Of a DNA stretch of 64,000 bases, positions 1-12,993 are shown piece by piece (position 1 is the stretch's first letter; each line of letters starts with the position of its first letter). Under the pieces are notes generated by a model. It searched no databases, was not told where the DNA came from, and worked only from the letters and a program-made list of their open reading frames with translations. Location: the NCBI GenBank assembly GCA_030390025.1, contig CM059439.1:66898001-66962000 (forward strand), given 5' to 3'. Source of the DNA: Squalus acanthias (taxonomy: Eukaryota). The position numbers were made by a program, and so were the translations under genes.

Positions 1-2
1 AG

Positions 3-430
3 GCACTGGCAAATGTAGGTCCCGCCATGGAAAGGATGGCCGCCTCCATGGAGGACATAAATCGCCAGACTCAGGAGAACATGGTAACACTTCTAAATAG
101 ATGGTCAGTTATGGAGGATAGATGGACATCTATTGAGGAGAGAAACCAGGGGGGAAAAATTTGGTTGCTTTGCGCCTCCCGTTAGCACCCTAAGAGGGCG
201 CTAATGGGGCGCAAAGCAACTAGCGCCCGGGCGCGGCGATGTTTGGCCGCTCGTGAAATTGACCAGACATTTTGCGGCGGCGCTAAACACTACCGCCATG
301 ATCTCCTGCACCCGCCAAAGGTGTCTAAGCAGGCGCAGCAGGGAAGTGAGCAGGCTGCCTCTACATCTGCTGAAGCCACAGGAGGAGCACCACGTAGAAG
401 CATATGTAAGAGAAAGCTAACACAAATAGT
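3..430 (+). pseudogene. C-terminal part of the Harbinger second (Myb/SANT-type) gene, interrupted near 150-310
   Basis: Reads ALANVGPAMERMAASMEDINRQTQENMVTLLNRW (coiled-coil-like) and later PKVSKQAQQGSEQAASTSAEATGGAPRRSICKRK (basic tail). Lies tail-to-tail with the transposase. The Myb domain itself is not in the window. Confidence 0.55.
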
Positions 431-713
431 CACAAGGGTAGTCACTTGGGTGTTTTCATATAAATCAATGTTACGTTTGTGTTATTTAATTTTATTGTGT
501 TAAAGTAATGTCATGTGAATGTTTCAATATGTTGCCCAATGTGTGCTCACAATTGGAAGTGGCACAGTGAGGGGTGAGGGTGCCTTTCATTTGTAGCAAT
601 GCTGGTGAAAGTGCTAGGAATGCACAGTTCATTGTAGAGATGCTCTATGGTGGAAGTGGGGTCATGTCAACCTTCATGTGCATGTGGCAGCCACATGTCT
701 GTGCTGCCTAAAG

Positions 714-1941
714 TTAGGTGAATCTGCAATGGATTAGGCCATCCCTTGCCTGACGGGCAGTAATGTGCAACCGCCTCCTCCAGGTGTTCCTCATCTGTAA
801 CCTCATTCGGTTCTTCCTCCTCCTCCTTCTTCCCCTCCTCTGAAGAGGCTGTGCGCTCTGCGACTTGTTCCTCAGGCTGAGTTAATCCCCACTGCAGTGC
901 GATGTTGTGCAGGGAACAGCTGACCACGATGATTCTGGAGACCCTGGCTGGTGCGTACTGTAGGGCTCCACCAGATCTGTCCAGGCATCTGAAGTGCATT
1001 TTGAGAAACCCTATTGTTTGCTCTATGACACTTCTGGTGGAAATGTGGCTCTGATTGTAGTACTTCTCAGACTCGTTTGATGGCCTTCTCATCGGTGTCA
1101 TTAGTCACGTCTTCAGGGGATAGCCCTTGTCTCCAAGGAGCCAGCCATAAAGTCCGTTTGGTGGATCGAAGAGCTGAGGCACAGTGGACTGGCGCAGGAT
1201 GCAAGAGTCATGGCAGCTGACAGGGAACTTGGCGCACACATGCATGATGCTCTTCCTATGGTTGCACACCAGCTGCACGTTAAGGGAATGGAAGCCCTTG
1301 CGCTTGACAAAGACTCCTGCATTCTGGTGGGGTGCCCTGATGGCCACATGTGTGCAGTCGATGACGCCCTGCACCCATGGGAAGCCAACCAGATTGACAA
1401 AGCCGAGCGCCCGCTCAGTAACACTGGCTTCATCAGTGGAAAAGTGGATGTAATTGGCGGACTTGTCAAAGAGTGCATCGGGGAACTGCACGATGCATCT
1501 GTGTGCGGCCGATTGGGAGATGCCGCTAATGTCTGCTGCTGATTCCTGGAAGGAGCTGGACGCAAAGAAGTTGAGGGCGGTGGTGACTTTGACAGCCACT
1601 GGTAAGGGATGTCCACCCGCTCCTCTGGGCTGCAGGTCTTGATCGAGTATTGTGCAAATGTCTACGACTACCTCTCGCGAAAGTCTCAGCCTCCTTTGGC
1701 ACTGCTGCTCAGTCATGTTGAGGAAGCTCATCCTCTGGCTGTAAATCCTGTGTTGGGGGTATCTCCTGCGGTGCGGTGCAGCCCTGCGCTAATGCCCTCT
1801 GCCCTGTTCAGCATCAGGTGGCTGAGGAGAAGGTTGCCGCTCTTGTTGTTGGTGCCGCTGGTGTGCCTGGTTCTGCTGCTGCCGCGGCTGATCCTCTTCA
1901 GATTCTGAGAACCAGGATGAGAGAGTATAAATGGTTCCCAT
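714..1941 (-). pseudogene. Harbinger (HARBI1-like) DDE transposase, near-intact
   Basis: One frame from ATG at 1941: MGTIYT...[19 protein letters not shown]...LPVAVKVT...VIDCTHV...HDS...[13 protein letters not shown]...RSVIEQTIG...LHNIA. Nonsense codons at 1789-1791 and 1105-1107. A frameshift near 765 precedes the end ARQARDGLIHCRFT* (stop at 714-716). Confidence 0.93.
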
Positions 1942-2775
1942 TCTGCTGTTATATATGGCAGTTGAGGATGAGATGTTATCAACAGTAAGTCAATGGGGAG
2001 AGAGCTTATTCCAAGGAGGTGACAGTGCTCACAGCATACACTTACAGCCTCAATACAGCTCAAATGTGTCTCCCAAATCCTCAAATCAGCAACTTCTGGC
2101 ATTGGAAAGTGAACTGAGAGGTTAGTTTTTATGCTGCAGTTGCAGCTGTGAACTATTCAGTTCGTTGGAAGACCCGAGACACTCAGCTGGCGTGTTTGCC
2201 GAACGACGTGAAACACGTTGAAAATGTGTGAAAATAGAAAAGGCCTGGCAAAATAGCAGTTAACAAGGAGTTGACAAACTGTTAACTACCTTAAGTGCCT
2301 CTCCCGCCGTTTGGTGTCGGGTCTGTTCTGAAGTCGCAGACCCGACACTTTGGAAACTGGCGAGGAGGCGGGTTCGCAGTGGGTTCCCAACCCGCCGTCA
2401 ATCATTTCGAATTTAACAGCTGACCCGGCTCTGAACCCGCCCTCTGACGCCGGCAAAATCGCGGCCTAATTGTGGTTCAACAGCTGCTTGGCTCCTCTTC
2501 TTGCAGAAAGGCTAGCTTGGCTCAAGGTCAGAAAATCAGCAGGAAATTATTCTTTTTGCACACTTTAAAAAAAAGCATGTTCAGTTGAGTCATGTTGGTG
2601 GTTAACACAAAGTGTGAGATCTGAAATATACTGAAGGAGTCATAAAAACTTATTTTATATTTATCAGCAGATCTGCCCTGGGTGTTATTCACAGTGAGTC
2701 AGAGGATAAGCTGTTTTATCCCACGTATCTTAAATTCTACGGACCACTGACTTACGGTCATTGAATACTGTAAAT

Positions 2776-5385
2776 TAAGAACATAAGAGGAGTAGGCCAT
2801 TTGGCTACTCGAGCCTGCCCCGCCATTCAATAAGATCATGGCTGATCTTCTACCTCAACTCCACTTTCCTGCACTATCCCCATATCACTTGATTCCCTTA
2901 ATATCCAAAAATCTATCGATCTCTGTCTTGAATATACTCAACGACGACTGAGCCGCCACAGCCCTCTGGGGTAGAGAATTCCAAAGATTCACCACCCTCT
3001 GAGTGAAGAAATTTCTCCTCATCTCAGTCCTAAATGGCCGACCCCTTATTCTGAGACTGTGACCCCCTGGTTCTAGATTCCCCAGCCAAGGGAAACATCC
3101 TCCCTGCATCTACCCTGTCAAGCCCTGTAAGAATTTTGTATATTTCAATGAGATCACCTCTCATTCTTCTAAACTCCAGAGAATATAGGCCTAGTCTACT
3201 CAATCTTTCCTCATAGGACAATCCCCCATCCCAGGAATCAGTCTGGTGAACCTTCATTGCCCTCCCTCAATGGCAAGTATATCCTTCCTTAGGTAAGGAG
3301 ACCAAAACTGTACACAATACGCCAGGTGTGGTCTCACCAGGGCCCTATATAATTGCAGTAAGACGTCTTTACTCTTATACTCAAATTCTCTTGTAATAAA
3401 GGCCAACATACCATTTGCTTTCCTAATTGCTTGCTGTACCTGCATATTAATTTTCAGTGAATCGTGTACAAGGACACCCAGGTCCCTCTGAACAACAACA
3501 TTTCCCAATCTCTCACCATTTAAAAAATTCTCTGCTTTTCTACTTTTCCTACCAAAGTGGATAACTTCACATTTCTCCACATTATATTCCATTTGCCATG
3601 TTCTTGCTCACTCACTTAGCTTGTCTATATCCCCTTGAAGCCTCTTTGCATCCTCCTCACAATTTACATTCCCACCCAGCTTTGTATCATCAGCAAACTT
3701 GGATATATTACATTTGGTCCCCTCATCCAAATCATTGATATGGCTTGTGAATAGCTGAGGCCCAAGCACTGATCCTTGTGGTACCCCACTAGTTACAAGC
3801 TGCCAACCAGAAAATGACCCGTTTATTCCTACTCTCTGTTTTCTGTCCATTAACCAATCCTCAATCCATGCTAATATATTACCCCCAATCCCATGAGCCC
3901 TAATTTTGTTTAATAACCTCTTGTGTGGCACCTTATCGAATGCCTTCTGAAAATCCAAATACACCACATCCAATGGTTCCCCCTTATCTATTCTGCTAGT
4001 TACAACCTCAAAAAACGCTAACAGATTCGTCAAACACGATTTCCCTTTCATAAATCCATGTTGACTCTGCCCAATCCTATTATTATTTTCTAAGTGCCCT
4101 GTTACCACGTCCTTAATAATAGATTCTAGCATTTTCCCTACTACTGATGTCAGGCTAACTGGTCTGTAGTTCCCCGTTTTCTCTCGGCCTCCTTTCTTAA
4201 ATAGTGGGGTTACATTTGCTACCTTCCAATCCACAAGAACCATTCCAGAATCTATGGAATTTTGGAAAATGACAACCAATGCATCCACTATCTCTATAGC
4301 CACCTCTTTCAAAACCCTAGATGTAGGCCATCAGGTCTAGGGGATTTATTGGCTTTCAGTCCCATTAATTTCTCCAGTACTATTTTTTTACTAATACTAA
4401 TTTTTTTCAGTTCCTCATTCTCGCTAGACCCTTGGTTCTCCGCTATTTAAGGAAGTCTTTTGCGTCTTCTTCTGTGAAGACAGACAGCAACGGGGTAATT
4501 TTCCCAGCCCTGAGGAGGCGGGTTTGGAGGCGGGACTGCCGAGAAAATGGCAGAAACTGGGAGTGGGTACCGACCCCGCTCCCAACCCGCCTCCGTGCTA
4601 TCTTCCCGGGAAGCGAGTCCCCGAGTCGCGCAGGGACCCGTCTCCTCGAGGTGGGAAGGGGATTAGAGCCAATTAACTGCCTGTTAACAGATAGTTAACA
4701 GGCAGTTTTGAGGCTTTTCCCCATTTTACGCCTGCAATTGCGGACTTCCCAACGGCTGCGAACCTCGCCAGGGTCAGCGAGGTGAGCAGTGGGTCTGCAG
4801 GGGGTGAGAGGAGTCGAAATGTCAGCTGTAGAGGTGAGTGATGGGTGCAAGTGTGGACAGGTAAGTATGAGAGGTGAGTGTAAAGTGTTGGAAAAAGTTT
4901 CCTTACCTTTGCTTCTTTCTGCAGGCTTCAACCGTTGAGGATCCAGAGGTGCCTCATCTCAACGGCAGAGATGACAGAATGGCTGCTGCATTCTCAGATG
5001 CAGCAGCCATCTGCTTTCTGCTGAGGAGAGAGGTCTTGGTATGCCTTTGTGCAAGGGCTCACCTTAGAACAGAGATTGTCAGTGTGTGACAGCTTCTCAA
5101 AGCTGTCAAACGCTGACAATTCATCTGTCAAAATTTTTTCGACAGATGAAGCATCATACGCTGACGTCATCTGTCACCGGCTTTCCCTTAATTGGCCGGT
5201 AAGCCCGCAGGGCGGGTTTAACATTGCCAACCAAGGGAAAATAGCGTCTGTTTGTCAGACGTCACTGGGAGTGGGACTAGAACCCGGAAGGCTGCAGTCC
5301 CGCCCCCAACTCGTCTTTGCTGGCAAAATCCAGCCCAAAGTATTTGTTTAATTTCTCTTCCATTTTCTTATTCCCCATTAAATTT
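2776..5385 (-). mobile_element. CR1 LINE, 5'-truncated (RT domain plus 3' tail), split by a MITE
   Basis: ORFs 3608-4312, 3254-3592 and 3030-3257 carry [36 protein letters not shown] and KFADDTKL. The 3' tail ends in TTCTTATG-type repeats near 2780. CR1 sequence resumes at 5337. Confidence 0.95.
4491..5336. mobile_element. Non-autonomous Harbinger-type element (MITE family 1, copy 1)
   Basis: Imperfect TIRs CGGGGTAATTTT / AAAATCCAGCCC, flanks CAA/AAA. Inserted in CR1. Colinear with 5681-6547 and 18066-20117. Confidence 0.85.
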
Positions 5386-5680
5386 GTGTTTTTATTAGAG
5401 TATATAGGATGAAATTCTACAATTATGCTGAGATTTGCATGGAAACTGTAAATCAGTTGCCTTGATTACCATTAATAGTTCTTGTAACTATGTAGTTAAC
5501 TTCATCTCTTATCTCTCACCTTTTTCTAAAACCCACAATACAGAGGAAGTTGAGATGGAAGATGTTTCAATTTGCAGGTAGATAGGAGGTATGTTGTAGG
5601 TGCTTTGTGTAGCAGTGCTGGCTGTGTGGGCTGGTAGTGTTGGGAGGATACTCCTGGCCTTTGGAAGTTGGAGACATGGG

Positions 5681-6547
5681 GGATTGGATTTTACCAGCCC
5701 TGAGGAGGCGGGTTTGGAGGCAGCACTGGTGGGAAAATCCCCAAAAATGGGAGCAGGTTTGGGACCCGCTCCCAACCCGCCTCCAACCAATCTTCCCAGG
5801 AGTCGGGTCCCCGATTTGCGCAGGGACCCAACTCCTAGCGGCGGGAAGAGGATTATAGCCACTTAACTGCCTGTTAACAGGTAGTTAACAGGCAGGTAAG
5901 AGGCTTTTTCCAATTTTTCGACTGCTGCTGCGGGCTTCCCGACATCGGGGAACCCTGCCAGGGTAAGTGAGCCATACTGTGGGCCTGTTGTTATGTTGGT
6001 GTTTGGATGGCAGCTGCAGAAGTGGTGTGAAGGATGCAATGGGACACTGGTTAGTATCAGAGGTAAGGACATGTTGTGAAAGTAATTTTTAATGTGGTTA
6101 GATGTTTCAGCAGGTGACAAGCTGTGAAGTGTTTGTGCAGCCTCATCTCATTGGGAGAAGTGACAGATCGCTTCTGCAATCTCACAGGCAGCTGCTATCT
6201 GTTTCATCCTAAGGAGAGAGTCACAGGAGAGCCTGGGTACAAGGGCTCATCTTTGGACAGTGATTGTCAGTGTTTGACAGCACCTCAATGCTGTCAAACA
6301 CTGTCAAATCATCTGTCAAACAAGTGTGGTGCATATGCCTTTAAGAAAACCGGCAGATGAAGCGTCATCAACTGACGTCATCTGACTCCGGCTTTCCCTT
6401 AATTGGCCGGCAAGCCTGCAGGGCGGGCTTAACAAGGCCAATCAGGGCAAAATAGCGTTTGTTTGTCAGACGTTGCTGGGGGCGGGACTAGAACCCGGAA
6501 GGCAGCAGTCCCGCCCCCAACGCGTCTCGGTGAGTAAAATCCAGCCC
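5681..6547. mobile_element. MITE family 1, copy 2
   Basis: TIRs GGATTGGATTTT / AAAATCCAGCCC, 3-bp TSD GGG. Confidence 0.85.
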
Positions 6548-8679
6548 GGGGTGTAGGAGCATTAGGGAGGTGTGAGAAATAAAGTAGCACATAGAATAAT
6601 ACAATAGAACATGTAATGAGCGAACATGGTGGCATTTTATTACATATATTAACACTCCAAGTGTGGTGAATTGTGTCTTAATCCACATTTATCTTGCAGT
6701 TTTCAACACTTATGATCACAATCCATTGGTTATTTCTCCTGGTTAAGCACATAGTGCTTTTCTACTGTCACCTTATCAATTGATGATTTTGATTTTAAAC
6801 TATCTGTCCCTTACTGTTTTTCTAAGAGGAGTGAGTTGAGTGCTCAAAGCCTCAAACTTTAATGATGTAAGATTCAGAACAGTTACCTTTCTTTGAACCA
6901 TTTCCAATGGTCCCAGTTCTTTTTATAGAAAAGATGATCTCACACATGCTTTATAAAATATCTGAACCTTTTTTTGGGACTAAAATCATAATCTCGTAAG
7001 TGTGAAGGAAGTTCCAATACCTGGTGAACAGTAACATCAAGTGTGCTCCACTCTTGTCAATCATTGGTACTGTTCTTCATCGTGTGATCACAATTACTAT
7101 TTGAAATGCAATACGCAGTATCTTACATCTGTTAACATTAAGTATTCTTTGCTGTTCACCTGTCCATTTACTAAGTTACCAGAAAGGTCTTTGAATGCTG
7201 ACCCTCTCCTTCGAACATTTTGCTTCTCCACAGTTTGTAATCATCAACAAATATAGAGCTTCTACTTACATTACTTTCAACAAGACATTATTCATCCGTA
7301 GTATATGATCACATGACATAAATAACTTAAATGTTTCGGCATAACAAAGTGATAAGACAACAGGATGTTGGGTCAAGTGTAGCGGGAGCTCTGGATTGCA
7401 ACTGATCCTAGACAATTCTAAACTGAGGAAGAACAGTCCATTCTCCAGCACTGTCATCCTCATCGCAATGAATATATGAACTGCCCCAAAATGCAAACAG
7501 GAAAACGTTGTAAGATACAGGACTTTTTGTTATATAAAAAGCTGCTTTACTTTGACAGGTGAACTAATCTAGTTCACATTGATAGAATGCAGCTCCAAAT
7601 ACCTGATGCTCAGTCATTAATATAAAATCCATTATTTATGTGATGGGAGCCATGATCGTTTAATCACTATATCCTATATGGCTATGTCTTGGAGCACCAA
7701 ATGGAAAAACTGGTCCTCTTAGTTTTCTGGGGACATAGAAAGATGAAACTACTCAGCTACACGCTCTGTCTATTGGAATGAAATAAGAAATCAATGGATT
7801 AAACAACTTTAGCAACCGTCAGCTTCCAGTTAAATTCAAGTGTACTGATTACTATCATTTATACTATATTAGTGAATGAAATCTAAATTAAAATCTCCTG
7901 CAGATTGTAACCTGTGGGTCAAACTCATTTAAAGACTCACGGCTAAAATGTTAATGGACCTTCAGCAAGTACATCCTACCCTGGGACCCCACAGTTAAAG
8001 GGGGGAGGAGCGACCACTCACGAACTCACAAATAAAGTGCTTCCTTTTTAATGGAGATTACGGTAAGAACAAAATGAGGCTGTGGTAACTGAACTCTCTG
8101 GAGTATCAATCCCAACTTGAACAAAAGTTAATTACGTGACCAGCACTTAATGACATAACATGGAGGCCCATTATTCTGCCGATGTCTGCCGTTCACATGA
8201 AAGACAGTTCAATAGCTGTCAAATTTCTGATCCCATTGATGCTTTTGTGCACATAAACTTCTAAATGTTTAAAAAAAAGACCTCATGGACTGTTTTGTAC
8301 ATTACATTAACAGGAACACTATTCAGTGCAACGTGCATTAGCCTTATGCACTGAATCTTCATAATATAAAATGTTTTAACCCTAAAAGTGAATCATTTAC
8401 TTCTGCCTTTCTGTTAGGTTCAAAACTATTACAAAGACATATTTTGATTTATTGCTAATAATAAAATGAATTCAAAAAGAAATACAAGCCTGAAAATTGC
8501 TGTAGTTGTGCTGATTGGGGATTAACAGTACATCACTGATGGTTTTCTGGAGAATGCACACCCGCCCATTAACCCCCAATACTGCTGTGTTTTCCATCAT
8601 GTTTAAATTGTGCAGGCTCCCGCCCATACATCAAGCTCACCAATAATGCAGCCACGGTTGAACTGTCATTCACAGTACA

Positions 8680-9040
8680 TGTGGAGAGACTGGAGAAGCT
8701 GGGGTTGGTCTACTTAGAGCAGAGAAGGTTAAGGAGAGATTTAATAGAGGTGTTCAAAATTTTGAGGGGTTTTGAGGACACAGATTTAAGGTAATTGGCA
8801 AAAGGGCCAGAGGCGACATGAGGAAACATTTTTTTACTCAGCGAGTCATTTTGATCTGGAATGTGCTGCCTGAAAGGGTGGTGGAAGCAGATTCCATAAT
8901 AACTTTCAAAAGGAACTGGATAAATACTTGAAGGGGAAAAATTTGCAGGGCTATGGGGAAAGAGCAGGGGAGTGAAACTAGTTTGATAGCTCTTTCAAAG
9001 AGCCGAATGGTTTCCTTTTGTGCTGTATGATTCTATGATT
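8680..9040 (+). mobile_element. CR1 3' fragment
   Basis: ERLEKLG...RLRRDLIEVFKI-like coding remnant and tail ending CTGTATGATTCTATGATT. Confidence 0.8.
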
Positions 9041-9159
9041 TGCATTTTTAAAAATTCGTTTATGGGATGTGGGCATCACTGGCAAAGCCAGCATTTATTG
9101 CCCACCTATGCATATAGGAGGGCAGGGCAGGAATTACATTGTGAAGTCCCAGGGAAATG

Positions 9160-10441
9160 GAGGCTTCTCGCATTGTTAATGCATCGCTGGAGCCACAGAT
9201 ACAGGATGTGCAGGAAAGTAGGATTTTCCTCATTGGAATGGTAGGCACCTTCCTCAAAGGTGGCTAGTACAGTAAGCCTGGCAGGAGGTATTAGACGGCA
9301 CCAATGTGGACACAGGTTGGACCGAAGATGGCCGAGCTGAAGAAAGCTACCAAGATAAGGAAAAACAACAGATTTCTAATGCCAGGTACCTGCTTCAAAT
9401 ATGCATGCCACAAAATATTCCCTCATAACCCGTAGCCCCTTTTACTGTTGCCCCATCCTAAACATTCATACCAGTTCATACAATGAGTATGGTTGTGTAG
9501 TGGTTATGTTACTGCACCAGTAATCCAGAAGCCTGGACTTAATAATCCAGTCTAAACATGAATTCAAATCCCACCACGGCATTTTGAGAACTTGTATTGT
9601 TTTAAAAATCAGGAAATAAAAAGCTATTCAAAGTAAATGCCTTGCCAGCGATGCCCACATCCCGAGAATTAATTTAAAAAAGTTTAAGAGATAAAAAGCC
9701 CACTGAATGCTTCATACTTGGCCACCCTGCAGCACCACATAAACACAAGCAACAATTTAGAACTGAAATTGTTGTCACACTAACATTTTAAAGGGATTTA
9801 ATACAGGAAACTCTTCTCAGATAACCTAGCTGCATGATGCATGTTCATTTGCTGTCAGACAGGTTGAATGACTGATTTATGTAACTGTATGTGCTCCGTA
9901 ACTTCCAATTTCTCAAGCCTACCGCCAGGAATTCCCTTGGGGGTGGTGGGGACCTCGCGATTGGCCGGCGTACCTTCGGCGGAAAGCCCAGGCAGATACG
10001 TGAAGGGGATGTCCGATGATCTGCTGCGTAGTTACTGCAGCTGATTAGGAGAACCCCCAAAGAAATTCTCAGCTTATTTCTCCAAGACTATGGCAACTGG
10101 AGGAGGTCCCTCGTACTAGAAGCCCCCGACTCCATTTGAGGAGACCGACATTTGGCACAAGAGCATTAAGTGATTAAGGGAATAGGCTGAAACTGGAGGC
10201 TTTCTCCAAGTACCATCCATCCTCTCTTGTCCTACCACCCTACTCACTCACTGCCACCCTCGCTATAATCCACCACAAAACATCACCGGCAGTACAAGCA
10301 CTGCTTTAAAGTGGTTTTTTGGAACCAGCATTATAACATATGTTACTCTTCTTTTTTTTATAGGCCTGGAAGAACAGAGTGCCAGCACAGTTAGTGTCCC
10401 TGAGCATGCCAGTACAACATTAGCCAGCTGCATTCATCCTG
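9160..10441 (+). pseudogene. Decayed Harbinger Myb/SANT-like gene remnant, interrupted by a SINE near 9480-9680
   Basis: Fragments ASRIVNASLE...AWQEVLDGTN (resembling APRFSDASLE...AWQEV) at about 9160-9305 and ATGGGPS...PTPFEE at about 10090-10145. A possible exon follows ttttttatag at 10364-10441. Confidence 0.55.
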
Positions 10442-10772
10442 GTAAATCATAGCTGATGTGTGCTGGAGACTTATTCCATGTGATCTTCATCAAATGGGGA
10501 AACCTAATCTGAGTTTCACATAAGCAACGACGGTGCTTGTGTTTTGTGCTGTCAGGTTTAAGTTATCACACACAATTGCCTTTGATGCACCTCCTTTAAG
10601 CTTTCAATGTTGTGGAAGAAAAGACTGTCCCATCAGAACTTTTCACCATCAGTCAGAGGCTGATGAGCAAAGCTCACGTCGATTTAAGTGGAGAGTTTGT
10701 GTAGAGCGCTCAGCTTTCTCATAAGAAACTGGTGTAACCAGGACACTGGTACTAAGTGCTGTCTGTCACAAT

Positions 10773-11513
10773 GGGGGCAATTTTAACCTTAAAAAATGGG
10801 TGGGTTTGGAACGTGGGGGCAGTTAAGTTGTTAAAAATGGGATTCCCGACCTGAACCCGCCTGCAAACCGCCCACTTCCGGTCTTAACGGAGGCGGGATG
10901 GGGGGCAGGATGGGGAGGTATATTTTTTAACCTCTATTTTGTTTTTAACTACATGTGGATGGGTTTCACACAATCTGTGAAACCCGGCAGTTACAGCAAG
11001 ACGGGATCCAGGAGTTAAGTGCCTTTATACCTACCCCCTGGATCCAGGGTCCCTACCTAACGCACCCCCTGCGATCGGAGAGCCCCTCACAAGGCTTCCA
11101 ATCACCCCCCCTCCCCAGACATTCCCCCCACCCCCACCCCAGCGATGATGCTGAGGCCGGCCACAATCCTCCGGTGGCCGACCATGATCTTCTCTTCACC
11201 TCCCCCCCCCCTCAATCCTCTGCCTGACCCCCCCTGCCCCTCCCCCAATCCATTTAATGGCCCGGCCTGTTCCCGATCCTCTACCCACCCCCCCAATCTA
11301 TAAAACGGCCCGGCCTCCACGGGAACCCTCCCTTCCTCCTCTGTGTAGCCGAAGGCCTACCTGCCCGCAGCCAGCCAGCCTTTCAATCTGGCTGGCTGCG
11401 GGCGGGTAACTGAGGCCTTGCATGCAAATCAGGCCCTGTCGGCAGGGCCTGCGGTAAACCCGGCCTCCCGACCCCCCACCCCCCAACCCGCCTTCCTCCT
11501 TAAAATTCCGGCC
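10773..11513. mobile_element. Harbinger-type MITE with C-rich interior
   Basis: TIRs GGGGGCAATTTT / AAAATTCCGGCC and CCCGCC subterminal motifs. Confidence 0.75.
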
Positions 11514-11549
11514 GATAAGTGTCACAGGGTGCAGCGTTAAGAATTTACA

Positions 11550-11995
11550 TAGAAATACATAGAACACAGAATCAGGCCACCCGGCCCAACTAGTGCATGT
11601 TGGCTTTTACCCTTTCACCCTCTACATGAACAAACAGTCCTAATCACATTCACTCATCCTGTTTCCATATCCCTCTATCGTCTTTTCTTGCATTCGCCTA
11701 TCCAATCTAAACTTAAATGTTGACATAGTTTCTGCCTCCACCACTAACCCTGTAAGTGAATTCAACAGCCTGAACTCTGTGTATAGTGGTTTCTCTAGTT
11801 CTCTGTTCTAAATTTCTTGTATCTATGTTCCTTCATTCTAGGCCCACCAACTACTGGAAACAATCTGCTTCTATCTACCTCGTCCCATCCTTTCATAATT
11901 TTAAACACTTTTATCATATTGCCCCATAATCTGCGTTGTTCTAATGAAGAAAGCCTCCGTTATTTGTAGTTCCTCATACCAGGAAGCATCCTAGT
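11550..11995 (-). mobile_element. Degraded CR1 3' end
   Basis: CATAGAA tail repeats followed by CR1-like 3' sequence. Confidence 0.65.
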
Positions 11996-12709
11996 GTTGG
12001 AAGATCATAACTCAAAGAAGCATTGTTACAGAATACATTATCACAATTTTTTACATTTCACCTGCTTTAGTTACACAAAATAAAGCTTCAGTCCAATTTG
12101 TTGCAATTCATGGTGTTGAAAATCTCTCTTCCCCCAAAAACATAGTGCACGTAGGAGAGTTAAAAAGCCTCAGGCGATGACCAGTTAGCTGTATGGAGAT
12201 CCATGCCAGCAGCATACTCCATTGTTTTAATGACAGAAGTTAAAATCTTATTGACCTTGGTTGGAACCCAATTTGCATCGAGTATTATTTTGATATATTA
12301 ACTGCTGCACTGAACTGGTGCCCTCTTGTTTCCTTAGGATCCTGAATATGTAACACATTGGGTTCAATATAAGAGTTCCTGAATATTGAATGCATGAAGC
12401 AACATGGCTCACTCGCAGGAGCTTGAGGTCCATATCCCTCCCTCCATGCAGAAAAACCCGACCATGTCAAATCAAACGTTGCGGCTCTCCACAATAGTTG
12501 TTTTGGTAAAGTCACTGGATTATCTTTGTTAAATTCTAGTGAGAGTCAGAAGGGCCCTCAGATTCTGTCTTTTGGAATTGTTGCAAGAAGTAAGCAATGC
12601 TTCATAATAGATGAGAAAACCTCGGGAGGAAACAGACAGGAGGGAGAAAAGTGTTTTTGTTTTGAAGAGAAGAAAGTTACAATTTTGACCCCTTTTTGTT
12701 TATTCAAAC

Positions 12710-12955
12710 AACAGCAACAACAACTTGCATTTATATAGCACCTTTAATGTAGCAAAACGTCCCAAGGGGCTTCACAGGAGAGTTATCAAAAAAATGTTTA
12801 CACCAAGCCACATTAGAAATATTAGGACAGATGACCAAAAGCTTGGACAAAGAGGTAGTTATTAAGGGGTGGCTTAAAGGAGGAAAGAGAGGTAGAGAGG
12901 CGGAGAGGTTTAGGGAGGGAATTCCAGAGCTTAGGGCCTCGGCAGCTGAAGGCAG
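12710..12955 (-). mobile_element. L2 LINE 3' end
   Basis: (CAA)n-CTTGCATTTATATAGC tail, matching the 3' end of the L2 at 36607. Confidence 0.8.
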
Positions 12956-12993
12956 TAGTCCCAATAAAACATACTGCTTTGAACCAGACTTAC

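Larger units (their letters stand above)
1..2466. mobile_element. PIF/Harbinger DNA transposon, right part (runs off the left edge)
   Basis: Terminus AAAATCGCGGCC (2455-2466) followed by TAA, the typical Harbinger target. Repeated subterminal CCCGCC/GGCGGG motifs. Contains a minus-strand transposase and, converging on it, the 3' end of a probable second gene. Confidence 0.9.

Noticed and set aside
714-1941. Domesticated host gene HARBI1
   Set aside because: Has nonsense codons, an adjacent TIR with TAA and a convergent second gene, so it is a transposon copy.
2522-2530. TCAAGGTCA (GCNF/SF-1 site) as an autoregulatory element
   Set aside because: About 0.5 hits are expected by chance in 64 kb on two strands, and another copy lies inside the L2.
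7266-7496. Minus-strand ORF with splice-like ends as the hinge exon
   Set aside because: No similarity to the NR6A hinge or LBD; lies next to a decayed CR1-like stretch.
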